From: a virus
Length of the DNA: 64,000 nucleotides
Virus record (IMG/VR): IMGVR_UViG_3300042549_010246
Span: 20,706 to 84,705 of that record
Strand: one strand, 5' to 3'
Position 1 is the first letter of the stretch, and every line of letters begins with the position of its first letter. The notes beneath the pieces were generated by a model. That model was given only the letters and a program-made list of their open reading frames with translations. It ran no database searches and had not been told where the DNA came from. This document shows, piece by piece, positions 57,276 to 64,000 of the stretch. The position numbers and the translations under genes are program-made.

Positions 57276-58319
57276 TCAAACTTGTCCACCACGTTTGAAT
57301 TTTTCAATAGCGGCTGTTGTTTGAGCAATAATTGTTGCCCGTTCTGCCAAGAATTCTTTCTTGGTCAAAACCTTCGAATCAAAAAGTGCTTTTGAATCAG
57401 CCAACAAACGCTCTTGACGGTCAAGTGCTTTTTGAATATTTTCCGCACGACGCTTGTCAAATTTAGGTTCGGCTTTTACCTTAGGTTCTTTTTTGACTTC
57501 CTCCTCTTTTGGAGCAACTTTTTTTGTCGGTCTCTCTCTTCCACGAATGTCCTTTTTACGAGCCTTTTCCCTTTTTTGTTTTCCAAGTTCTTTTCTACGT
57601 TTGACAATCTCCCTACGTCGCGCCCTACGTTCTTCCAAAGTTTCTTCAGACAAAACCATTGGTTGCGCCTCTTCAAAAGTCTCAGAAGGCGGTACCTGTT
57701 GTCCACCGACAAAAAGAGTGAATTGAATGAAATAAGAATCGGGCCGTCCATCGTCTTGCATATTTGGCCTAACCCGAACTTCTCCCTCCCAATATGGCTC
57801 CGACTCATTCTCGGGCATTTCCCCCTGAATATAATCGCGAACACTTTCAATGATGTCATTTAACCCACTACCCTCATATGTGTATTCGCTTAATTCTATA
57901 ATACCTGTGCTACCGTACTCTCCCGCATTGACTTCAAATCGTAAATTTTTACCTCCTGTTTCAGCGGTTAAATCCACGTCAATAAAATTGTCCAAATCAA
58001 ACCAAAACACACCACTCAAAAGAGTGACGGGAATACTCAATGGATTGACAAAATCACCGACGTTAATTACACCTGAACCTGTTAAGGCACGGTCAACTGA
58101 TTCACGGATGTCGGCAACTTTAACTTCACGGCTACTAAGCCCTTTATACTCGGGATAGATTTTTTCTTTAATAAAGGCGGTCAGGTCTTTTCCCTTTAAA
58201 GGTTTTTCCTGTTTTTCAAGTTCTTTAGAAACTGTTTTTCGAACCTTTTGATAAAGTCTCGAGGCCCGCGCAATCTTTTTGCGAGTTGCTTGGGTTACTT
58301 TTTTTTTCTTGTTAGCCAT
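57276..58319 (-). CDS. basic/acidic/basic protein ending in FKRGGQV
   Basis: Lys/Arg-rich ends, acidic core; GG motif at extreme C-terminus. Confidence 0.7.
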   Translation of the reverse strand: MANKKKKVTQATRKKIARASRLYQKVRKTVSKELEKQEKPLKGKDLTAFIKEKIYPEYKGLSSREVKVADIRESVDRALTGSGVINVGDFVNPLSIPVTLLSGVFWFDLDNFIDVDLTAETGGKNLRFEVNAGEYGSTGIIELSEYTYEGSGLNDIIESVRDYIQGEMPENESEPYWEGEVRVRPNMQDDGRPDSYFIQFTLFVGGQQVPPSETFEEAQPMVLSEETLEERRARRREIVKRRKELGKQKREKARKKDIRGRERPTKKVAPKEEEVKKEPKVKAEPKFDKRRAENIQKALDRQERLLADSKALFDSKVLTKKEFLAERATIIAQTTAAIEKFKRGGQV

Positions 58320-58397
58320 TGGTGAAGGGATGCGAAGTTATAGTTTGTTGTATATGCGAGCAAATAATTTTTTACACCATCGTGTTATACCCTGTGT

Positions 58398-58631
58398 TTA
58401 TGAGGGTTTGTGCTCTAATATACCTTGCTCATTTATATCGACATCAACAAGCATTATTACCAATCGTTTTGCAGGGTTTTCCGTGTCTTGAAATACTACG
58501 GGCCTGTTTTTGGAAAACAATAAACTGACTGACATATCCTTTGGATTGCTTATCGTGTCCGTCCAAGGGTTTGACATTACTTCGAAAAATTCTTCGTTAC
58601 CAAGTGTGATTTTAAATGCGGTGTGTTTCAT
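58398..58631 (-). CDS. hypothetical protein
   Basis: 77-aa ORF heading the minus block. Confidence 0.5.
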   Translation of the reverse strand: MKHTAFKITLGNEEFFEVMSNPWTDTISNPKDMSVSLLFSKNRPVVFQDTENPAKRLVIMLVDVDINEQGILEHKPS

Positions 58632-58774
58632 ATTATGTATTTTTGCGTGTTATCCATTGTGATTAAGGGGTGGCCTTCGCTCAATTTGGCTGCCCCTTTT
58701 CGATACAAAGATGTATTGAATTTCAAATCATCACCCGCACATTTTAGCCAACGCATACTTTTCTTTGTAAATGT

Positions 58775-58782
58775 TATATTTG
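58775..58782 (+). promoter_or_regulatory. Bacteroidota-type -7 element
   Basis: TATATTTG 7 nt before ATG 58790. Confidence 0.55.
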
Positions 58783-58789
58783 TAAGTAA

Positions 58790-59428
58790 ATGAAAGTGAA
58801 TAAATTTACCCTCATTCTGATTTCTGCCTTTACGGTAGGGATTCTTTATGCTTTGGGGAAAAGCCCTAAAAAATTCAATCCGCTTGGTAAAAAGGCGGTT
58901 TTTGTAGGGGATTCACATACTGCAGGTTATGGATGGGGATGGCAAGACTCTCTTGCAAAAAAATATGGTTTTACCATTCAACAGAATCTTAGTAAAGGTG
59001 GTTTAAGAACTGACCAATTGTTGCCCATTTTAGAAAAGTATTTGAAGGAGACCAAATCAACTCCTGATATTTTATTCATCTACGCAGGTGCTAATGACAA
59101 TTTCAGTTTGGTTCAAAATCAGAAAGCAACTGAAAACATACAAAAAATGGTGGGTGCAGGACGTGATGCAGGCATTGACAATATTTATGTGATTTCAGGA
59201 TACAGGTCGAGCAAAGTCATTTATGATTTGAAACGGTATGGGGATTACATCCAAAAGAGTGATGCGTTTAAAGAAGGTCTGAGTAAAAATATCAAAAAGG
59301 CTGTTGTAGTTCCAATTTGGGAAGAAGCAGATTTTAAAATGAGCACTGATTCCTTGCATTTAATTCAATCGGCCCAAACCAAATTTGCAGATTACATTGG
59401 GACCCAAATTTTTAAAAATACAAAATGA
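58790..59428 (+). CDS. membrane-anchored SGNH/GDSL hydrolase
   Basis: FVGDSHT, GG, GANDN, DSLH blocks; N-terminal TM. Confidence 0.85.
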   Translation: MKVNKFTLILISAFTVGILYALGKSPKKFNPLGKKAVFVGDSHTAGYGWGWQDSLAKKYGFTIQQNLSKGGLRTDQLLPILEKYLKETKSTPDILFIYAGANDNFSLVQNQKATENIQKMVGAGRDAGIDNIYVISGYRSSKVIYDLKRYGDYIQKSDAFKEGLSKNIKKAVVVPIWEEADFKMSTDSLHLIQSAQTKFADYIGTQIFKNTK

Positions 59429-60120
59429 AATTGACCGAGACCCAAAAGAAAATTATTTTGATTGTAGCCGCTCTGTTTGGGGTGGTTATTGCCGTAAATC
59501 TCACAGCGGCTCCATCGAATAAAAAGGCAAAAAGCAAGTGGAGGTTTTCAAAGTATCCTTTGCTTTGGGATATAGTTTTACGTGGTGAAGCAAAAACGTG
59601 GAATGATTATAATTTTTACAATAGCAAAGGTTTAAACTCACGTGTCAATGCTAAAAACACACAACCTTTCACAGATAAATTATTGACGCAAATGACAATT
59701 GGAAAGGTTATTCAATATCAGTCTATGTCAAGGTCAGGAATAGGTCAATTATGGGCAACAGGACACTTTCAAATTATACCAACAACCCTTAAAGGTTATT
59801 ATGGTAAGGCGGGTTTAAATTTAGATTCCATTTATAACGAGGCCAATCAGACTAAAATTGCAGATGCATTGATTGATGCAGAATCCACATTGCCAAAATA
59901 TTTGAATGGAAAAATTGCTGATACGGATGCTAATTTGAAAAAAGCCGCGGTTGATATAGCGACGGTATGGTCAAGTTTAGGTGTGCCTTATGGACTGACA
60001 AACTATAAAGGGGTTTATCGTCCATATAATGCCTCGTATTATGCGGGAGATAAAGCAAGCGTAGATACTGAGTTGGTTCAAAAAGTTTTACGCGAACAGA
60101 GAAAAGCGATAGTAAAATAA
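59425..60120 (+). CDS. membrane-anchored lysozyme-fold muramidase
   Basis: GEA...YN, LTQMTIGKV, ATGHFQIIPTTL, NQTKIA, ATVWSSL. Confidence 0.75.
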   Translation: MKLTETQKKIILIVAALFGVVIAVNLTAAPSNKKAKSKWRFSKYPLLWDIVLRGEAKTWNDYNFYNSKGLNSRVNAKNTQPFTDKLLTQMTIGKVIQYQSMSRSGIGQLWATGHFQIIPTTLKGYYGKAGLNLDSIYNEANQTKIADALIDAESTLPKYLNGKIADTDANLKKAAVDIATVWSSLGVPYGLTNYKGVYRPYNASYYAGDKASVDTELVQKVLREQRKAIVK

Positions 60121-60169
60121 AATTACGTTCTCGGTGGCGGTTCCGAAGGATGGGTTTAGTATATAAGAA

Positions 60170-60191
60170 GGGCAACATTAATTTGTTGCCC
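60170..60191. terminator. hairpin between convergent genes
   Basis: GGGCAACA-TTAATT-TGTTGCCC. Confidence 0.6.
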
Positions 60192-60197
60192 ATTTTG

Positions 60198-60458
60198 TTA
60201 ATCGAAATCAGTCATAATAAATATTGGATAATCAATATCATCCCTTAAAGAGCCCAATACGTTGAAATCAAAGTGTTCAACAGCCTCCTCTTCGGTCATA
60301 CCATCATCTTCAATTAATACTTTAATTGCTAAGTAGTAATCATAAATCAAACGATAATTTTTTACGTCAACTCCAATGACAGCCTTGTCAAAACCATCGG
60401 CCTTGAGGAATTCCACATCGGGATACATCTCAAGAATTTGTTCTAATTTGTTTTCCAT
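60198..60458 (-). CDS. conserved-type phage hypothetical protein
   Basis: ADGFDKAVIG...EEAVEHFDFNVLGS. Confidence 0.75.
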   Translation of the reverse strand: MENKLEQILEMYPDVEFLKADGFDKAVIGVDVKNYRLIYDYYLAIKVLIEDDGMTEEEAVEHFDFNVLGSLRDDIDYPIFIMTDFD

Positions 60459-60510
60459 ACAGCGTAATTTTGATGTAAATTAAATGAAAATAAATGATTA
60501 ATTCATTAAT

Positions 60511-60518
60511 TATATTTG
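60511..60518 (+). promoter_or_regulatory. Bacteroidota-type -7 element (leaderless transcript?)
   Basis: TATATTTG 4 nt before ATG 60523. Confidence 0.5.
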
Positions 60519-60522
60519 TATT

Positions 60523-61035
60523 ATGAACAAAAAACAAATCATACTCTTGGCAGCAACTGCTACAGGATTGTACTTGGTACTAAGAGGATTGAAAAAAAAT
60601 ACACCAAAAGGCGCGGGTGAAGAATTCAAAAATGCAGTAGGCGATATGCTTAATAATGCAAAATCTTTCGGTCAGAGAGCAAATGCTACGCGATGTGAAA
60701 CCAATCTTGAGCGTTTAGGCCGATTATTTCCCAATACAGACCAATACAATGAACAAGTAGGTTTGGCATATCAGAGACAGGGTTCTAATTTTACGAATTG
60801 GGCACAATCGGATGCGAAGCCTTGTTTTGTAGTTGGTGCAGACCAAGGTGGACTGCAAAGCGGTTTAAAGGGAGTTGCTCCTAAATCACCGTTATTTGGA
60901 AATGCAGGTAAATTACAAAAATTTAAAAAATCATCGTACAATAATTACATCGGTTCCGATGGTCAGGGGGTATATTTCAATGCAAATGGACCAATGTCAT
61001 TAGAAAATCTTGTGCGTTCATATAAAAGACCATAA
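60523..61035 (+). CDS. N-terminal TM protein carrying three [FY]xxxxG motifs
   Basis: FKNAVG, YIGSDG, YFNANG. Confidence 0.7.
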   Translation: MNKKQIILLAATATGLYLVLRGLKKNTPKGAGEEFKNAVGDMLNNAKSFGQRANATRCETNLERLGRLFPNTDQYNEQVGLAYQRQGSNFTNWAQSDAKPCFVVGADQGGLQSGLKGVAPKSPLFGNAGKLQKFKKSSYNNYIGSDGQGVYFNANGPMSLENLVRSYKRP

Positions 61036-61037
61036 TT

Positions 61038-61253
61038 ATGAGTTTCGACAATTTAAAAAAGAACACAACAGCAATAGTTGCAATAATTATTCTAACACTG
61101 AGTTATGCTATTTTGTTTAGCATAATTTTTTGGGATTTCCCAACAGACCAAAAAGATATTTACTTCACCATTGCAGGTGGGGTAACTTCAATTGTTACTA
61201 TGGTGGTTTCCTTTTACTTTGGAGCCTCTAAAAATCAAAACGAAGAAAATTAA
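61038..61253 (+). CDS. two-TM holin-like protein
   Basis: Two TMs, VVSFYFGAS, directly upstream of endolysin candidate. Confidence 0.6.
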   Translation: MSFDNLKKNTTAIVAIIILTLSYAILFSIIFWDFPTDQKDIYFTIAGGVTSIVTMVVSFYFGASKNQNEEN

Positions 61254-61266
61254 ATCATAATATATT

Positions 61267-61848
61267 ATGGTATTTAGTAAAGAAAAAATAGAAAAAACTT
61301 TAAAAAGTAAAGATTACGTTTTTTTTGAAAACGGAGAGTTAAATATCAATATCGTCGGTATTAGAAATTCGGCAACGGGTAAAAGAGTCACCAATTTATT
61401 TGATGATTGGATGACCATTTCATATCAAGAAAATGGAGAATGGAAATATTTTGAATGGCCTTGTACTGTAGACAATGGCGATGGTAGTGCGCGTCTCGTA
61501 GAGGGACAATATCGTGGTTGCTTTACAATCGGTCTACATCAGGGTAAATACACGGCATTAAAGCAATGTAAACCTTTAAAAGTCTATCGTGATTGGAATT
61601 TGAAAGACGGTACGTATGACGAGAGTAAAATTTACAACGATGTTGCAGGATTAAATATCCATAAGGCAGGTTTAAACAGTCAGCAAGTCAACAATTGGAG
61701 TGAAGGTTGCCAAGTTTTCAAAATGTCACCCGATTTTGATGCGTTTATGAAAATTGTGTTACAATCTTCCTCAATACACGGGAAAATTTTTACTTACACC
61801 CTTATCAATAGCAATGATATTGCAACTGCAAACCCTCCAATAGTTTAA
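61267..61848 (+). CDS. putative endolysin with YkuD/L,D-transpeptidase-like His-Cys motif
   Basis: NIVGIRN, NLFDD, GLNIHKAG...NWSEGCQV. Confidence 0.6.
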   Translation: MVFSKEKIEKTLKSKDYVFFENGELNINIVGIRNSATGKRVTNLFDDWMTISYQENGEWKYFEWPCTVDNGDGSARLVEGQYRGCFTIGLHQGKYTALKQCKPLKVYRDWNLKDGTYDESKIYNDVAGLNIHKAGLNSQQVNNWSEGCQVFKMSPDFDAFMKIVLQSSSIHGKIFTYTLINSNDIATANPPIV

Positions 61849-61851
61849 ATT

Positions 61852-62136
61852 ATGACAGCGGCAAAAAAAGTAAGTGCTAACACCTTGCCTGTTAGTTTTG
61901 ACCAATTTAGAAAAAATCCTGTGGCTGCGGTAGCATTTTGTATGCTTGCGGCAGTGGGTTATCTTTATTATGATTTGAGAGATGGTTATAAAGACCAAAT
62001 TGACTCTTCAAACAAGAAAATTGATAATTTGGATGTAAAAATTGACAAATTAGGAAACGCATTAAAGAAATCTGATTCTGCATTAAGTGCAGCAATCACG
62101 GAATTAAGAATTATTAATACAATGAAAAAATTATGA
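61852..62136 (+). CDS. TM plus coiled-coil protein (lysis cassette)
   Basis: One TM plus heptads. Confidence 0.65.
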   Translation: MTAAKKVSANTLPVSFDQFRKNPVAAVAFCMLAAVGYLYYDLRDGYKDQIDSSNKKIDNLDVKIDKLGNALKKSDSALSAAITELRIINTMKKL

Positions 62137-62543
62137 AAAAACCATTATTGATTTTTGCAATATTATTCATATTGTTGGAAATAGTTACACCTTTAGGGGC
62201 CATCAATCAGCCTAATGTTGATGATATTGAGTTGATGCTTAAAAAAATTGAAAACAATTTAAAAAGTGCGTCTCAAGTCACTTCTTTGGCTAAAGCAAAT
62301 GGTGAAAAATTGGTTGAGAGTAAAGTCCAAGAAAAAAATGAATTGAAACAAAGTGTTCAGGCATTATCTGAGAAAGTAGAAATATTTGCGGTCAAAATGA
62401 CTGAGGCGGGTATTGATACTTCTGTAAATACCGATAAATCCGATGATTTTCATTATGAAGGGCCATTATATGAGGAATGGCTTGAATATCAGAAGAATGG
62501 TGGTGAATCAGATTTTGAATACTACAGATTATACAAGAAATGA
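62133..62543 (+). CDS. signal-anchored coiled-coil protein (spanin-like?)
   Basis: N-terminal hydrophobic helix, coiled coil. Confidence 0.55.
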   Translation: MKKPLLIFAILFILLEIVTPLGAINQPNVDDIELMLKKIENNLKSASQVTSLAKANGEKLVESKVQEKNELKQSVQALSEKVEIFAVKMTEAGIDTSVNTDKSDDFHYEGPLYEEWLEYQKNGGESDFEYYRLYKK

Positions 62544-62959
62544 GATTTATTAAAGCAATCTTTATCGTATTAGTGTTAACGGGTTGCTCCGCTAAATGGC
62601 ATTTAAATCAAGCAATCAAAAAGAATCCCGCTATGGCGCAAATTAGCGTTTACGGGATTGATACTATTTTTGTTAGAGACAGTGTTGTAATGACGGATAC
62701 TTTTACAACGAAAGAAGTTGATACTTTAACTTTGACCAAAGATGGAGTTACAACCATTATTTATCGAGACCACGATGTTATTCGTGTTAAAACCATTGTA
62801 AAGGCTGATACCATTCGTTATACCAAGACTATTACTCTTCCTCCACAAATAAAATTCGTAGAGAGAAAAAAAGGAATGGAAAAGTATGCTCCTTACTTGG
62901 GCATTTTACTGCTCATTCTTTTGATGATATCAATATTAAAAAATTCAAGGAGAGGTTAA
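62540..62959 (+). CDS. lipoprotein with C-terminal TM (unimolecular-spanin-like architecture)
   Basis: Lipobox VLTGC, beta-rich DT repeats, C-terminal TM. Confidence 0.55.
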   Translation: MRFIKAIFIVLVLTGCSAKWHLNQAIKKNPAMAQISVYGIDTIFVRDSVVMTDTFTTKEVDTLTLTKDGVTTIIYRDHDVIRVKTIVKADTIRYTKTITLPPQIKFVERKKGMEKYAPYLGILLLILLMISILKNSRRG

Positions 62960-62961
62960 AT

Positions 62962-63147
62962 ATGGCTTTGATAAAAGGAAAAGATTATTTTGTCATTGGA
63001 AATTTGGGCAAGTTTCAAAGGGAACCTGTTAGACAATGGATGAAAGAAAATAACAAAGTCAGCCCTGTAGTTGCTGAGGAGGCTATTTCCGCAAATGATT
63101 ACAGGACGTGGATAAAGACTCAAATATGGCCAATTGGACCAAAGTAA
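62962..63147 (+). CDS. hypothetical protein
   Basis: 61-aa ORF. Confidence 0.5.
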   Translation: MALIKGKDYFVIGNLGKFQREPVRQWMKENNKVSPVVAEEAISANDYRTWIKTQIWPIGPK

Positions 63148-63173
63148 ACCTATAGGTTAATAATTTTTGTTCG

Positions 63174-63201
63174 TTTGCAACTCAAAGGTTTATTAAATTT
63201 G
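63174..63201 (+). promoter_or_regulatory. Bacteroidota-type promoter for tRNA
   Basis: TTTG (63174) and TAAATTTG (63194-63201), 5 nt before tRNA. Confidence 0.55.
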
Positions 63202-63206
63202 CAGAT

Positions 63207-63278
63207 AGCGGGGAAGTGTAGTGGTTGCATTCTTGGCTCATAACCAAGAGGAAGTAGGTTCGATTCCTACCCCCGCTC
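63207..63278 (+). tRNA. tRNA-Met (CAT anticodon; Ile2 not excluded)
   Basis: Acceptor AGCGGGG/CCCCGCT, anticodon arm CTTGG-CTCATAA-CCAAG, T arm GTAGG-TTCGATT-CCTAC; no encoded CCA. Confidence 0.9.
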
Positions 63279-63291
63279 CTAAATTACAAAT

Positions 63292-63933
63292 ATGGAACTT
63301 GAAAAATATGTGTATCCCGAAAATCACGGTGAATTGGCAGAATCTTTTTATGATGAAATTTATCACGGACACGAGTACGACAGGTACTTCAAAATAAATA
63401 AATACGACACGATTATTGATTGCGGAGCGTTCATAGGAATGTTTACCAATTATGCTATCACGCAAGGCGCGATGCGTATTATCACCGTTGAATGTGAAAC
63501 CCCATATTACAATTGCTTAATTAAAAACGTCAGCAACATCAGAGTTGAAACTCTTTTTGCAAAAGTGTCTCAAGAAAATATACCAAGTGATAATCCCAAG
63601 GTTCCACCTTCAATTACAATTGAAGAAATTATGAATCAAAAGAACTTACCTAAAGTCGATATGGTAAAAATGGATATTGAGGGTGCAGAATGGGGTGTTT
63701 TAATTAATATGGACGATGATGTTATGAAGAGGGTGGATAAGTGGGCTATTGAAGTTCATTTGGATTGGAGTCAAAACGATACAGTTTGGGCAGGTCACGG
63801 TAGAGACTTTGATGGGCACCTTTTAAGCAAACTTGTATTCGTGATGGAAAAGTTCTCTAAGAATGGCTTTAAAGTCAATTACGAGCAGATACACAAAGAT
63901 TGCAGGCTTGCAATGTTGTATGCGTACAAATAG
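63292..63933 (+). CDS. FkbM-family methyltransferase
   Basis: IIDCGAFIG, VKMDIEGAEW, IEVH. Confidence 0.85.
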   Translation: MELEKYVYPENHGELAESFYDEIYHGHEYDRYFKINKYDTIIDCGAFIGMFTNYAITQGAMRIITVECETPYYNCLIKNVSNIRVETLFAKVSQENIPSDNPKVPPSITIEEIMNQKNLPKVDMVKMDIEGAEWGVLINMDDDVMKRVDKWAIEVHLDWSQNDTVWAGHGRDFDGHLLSKLVFVMEKFSKNGFKVNYEQIHKDCRLAMLYAYK

Positions 63934-63958
63934 GGTTAGTATTTGTTTCGCGAAAATG

Positions 63959-63981
63959 GAGCCCTGAGGGGCTCTTTTTTT
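63959..63981 (+). terminator. intrinsic terminator
   Basis: GAGCCC-TGAG-GGGCTC followed by T7. Confidence 0.8.
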
Positions 63982-64000
63982 GTTTAAGGGGTACTTGTAC

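Noticed and set aside
57414-58528. Several plus-strand ORFs opposite 57276-58319
   Set aside because: Antisense shadows with atypical composition and no motifs
58665-58700. GC-rich hairpin in the divergent intergenic region
   Set aside because: Imperfect stem with no gene ending upstream; cannot assign it as terminator, origin or ncRNA

Overview
AT-rich, gene-dense 64-kb segment of a large virus genome. The host is probably Bacteroidota, judged from TAnnTTTG promoter elements and the lack of Shine-Dalgarno sites. No terminase, portal or HK97 capsid gene is recognisable in the window. Instead there is an FtsK/HerA-A32-type packaging ATPase (13747-14568), a beta-rich capsid-protein candidate (14907-15608) with a split, order-swapped paralogue 35 kb away (49913-50724), and about 30 small membrane-anchored proteins. 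Together these point to a large tailless, membrane-containing virus (inference). Two short peptide motifs recur in unrelated proteins. [MF]xxGGx(hydrophobic) separates the modules of soluble multi-domain proteins, one of which is a DUF2958-RelA/SpoT fusion. [FY]x[NGD]xxG occurs in capsid and membrane proteins encoded around a HExxH protease gene. A 5338-aa proline-free Gly-X-Y (Ser/Thr) fibre with a C1q-like domain and an S74 chaperone follows three glycosyl/methyltransferase genes, the last carrying a TibC/AAH-like protein O-glycosyltransferase domain. The minus-strand block holds RecT, a Cas4-like nuclease and a miniature B-family polymerase-like gene. The right end holds an SGNH esterase and lysozyme pair, a lysis-like cassette, tRNA-Met(CAT) and an FkbM methyltransferase. 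All family assignments are from motif recognition by eye; no searches were run.
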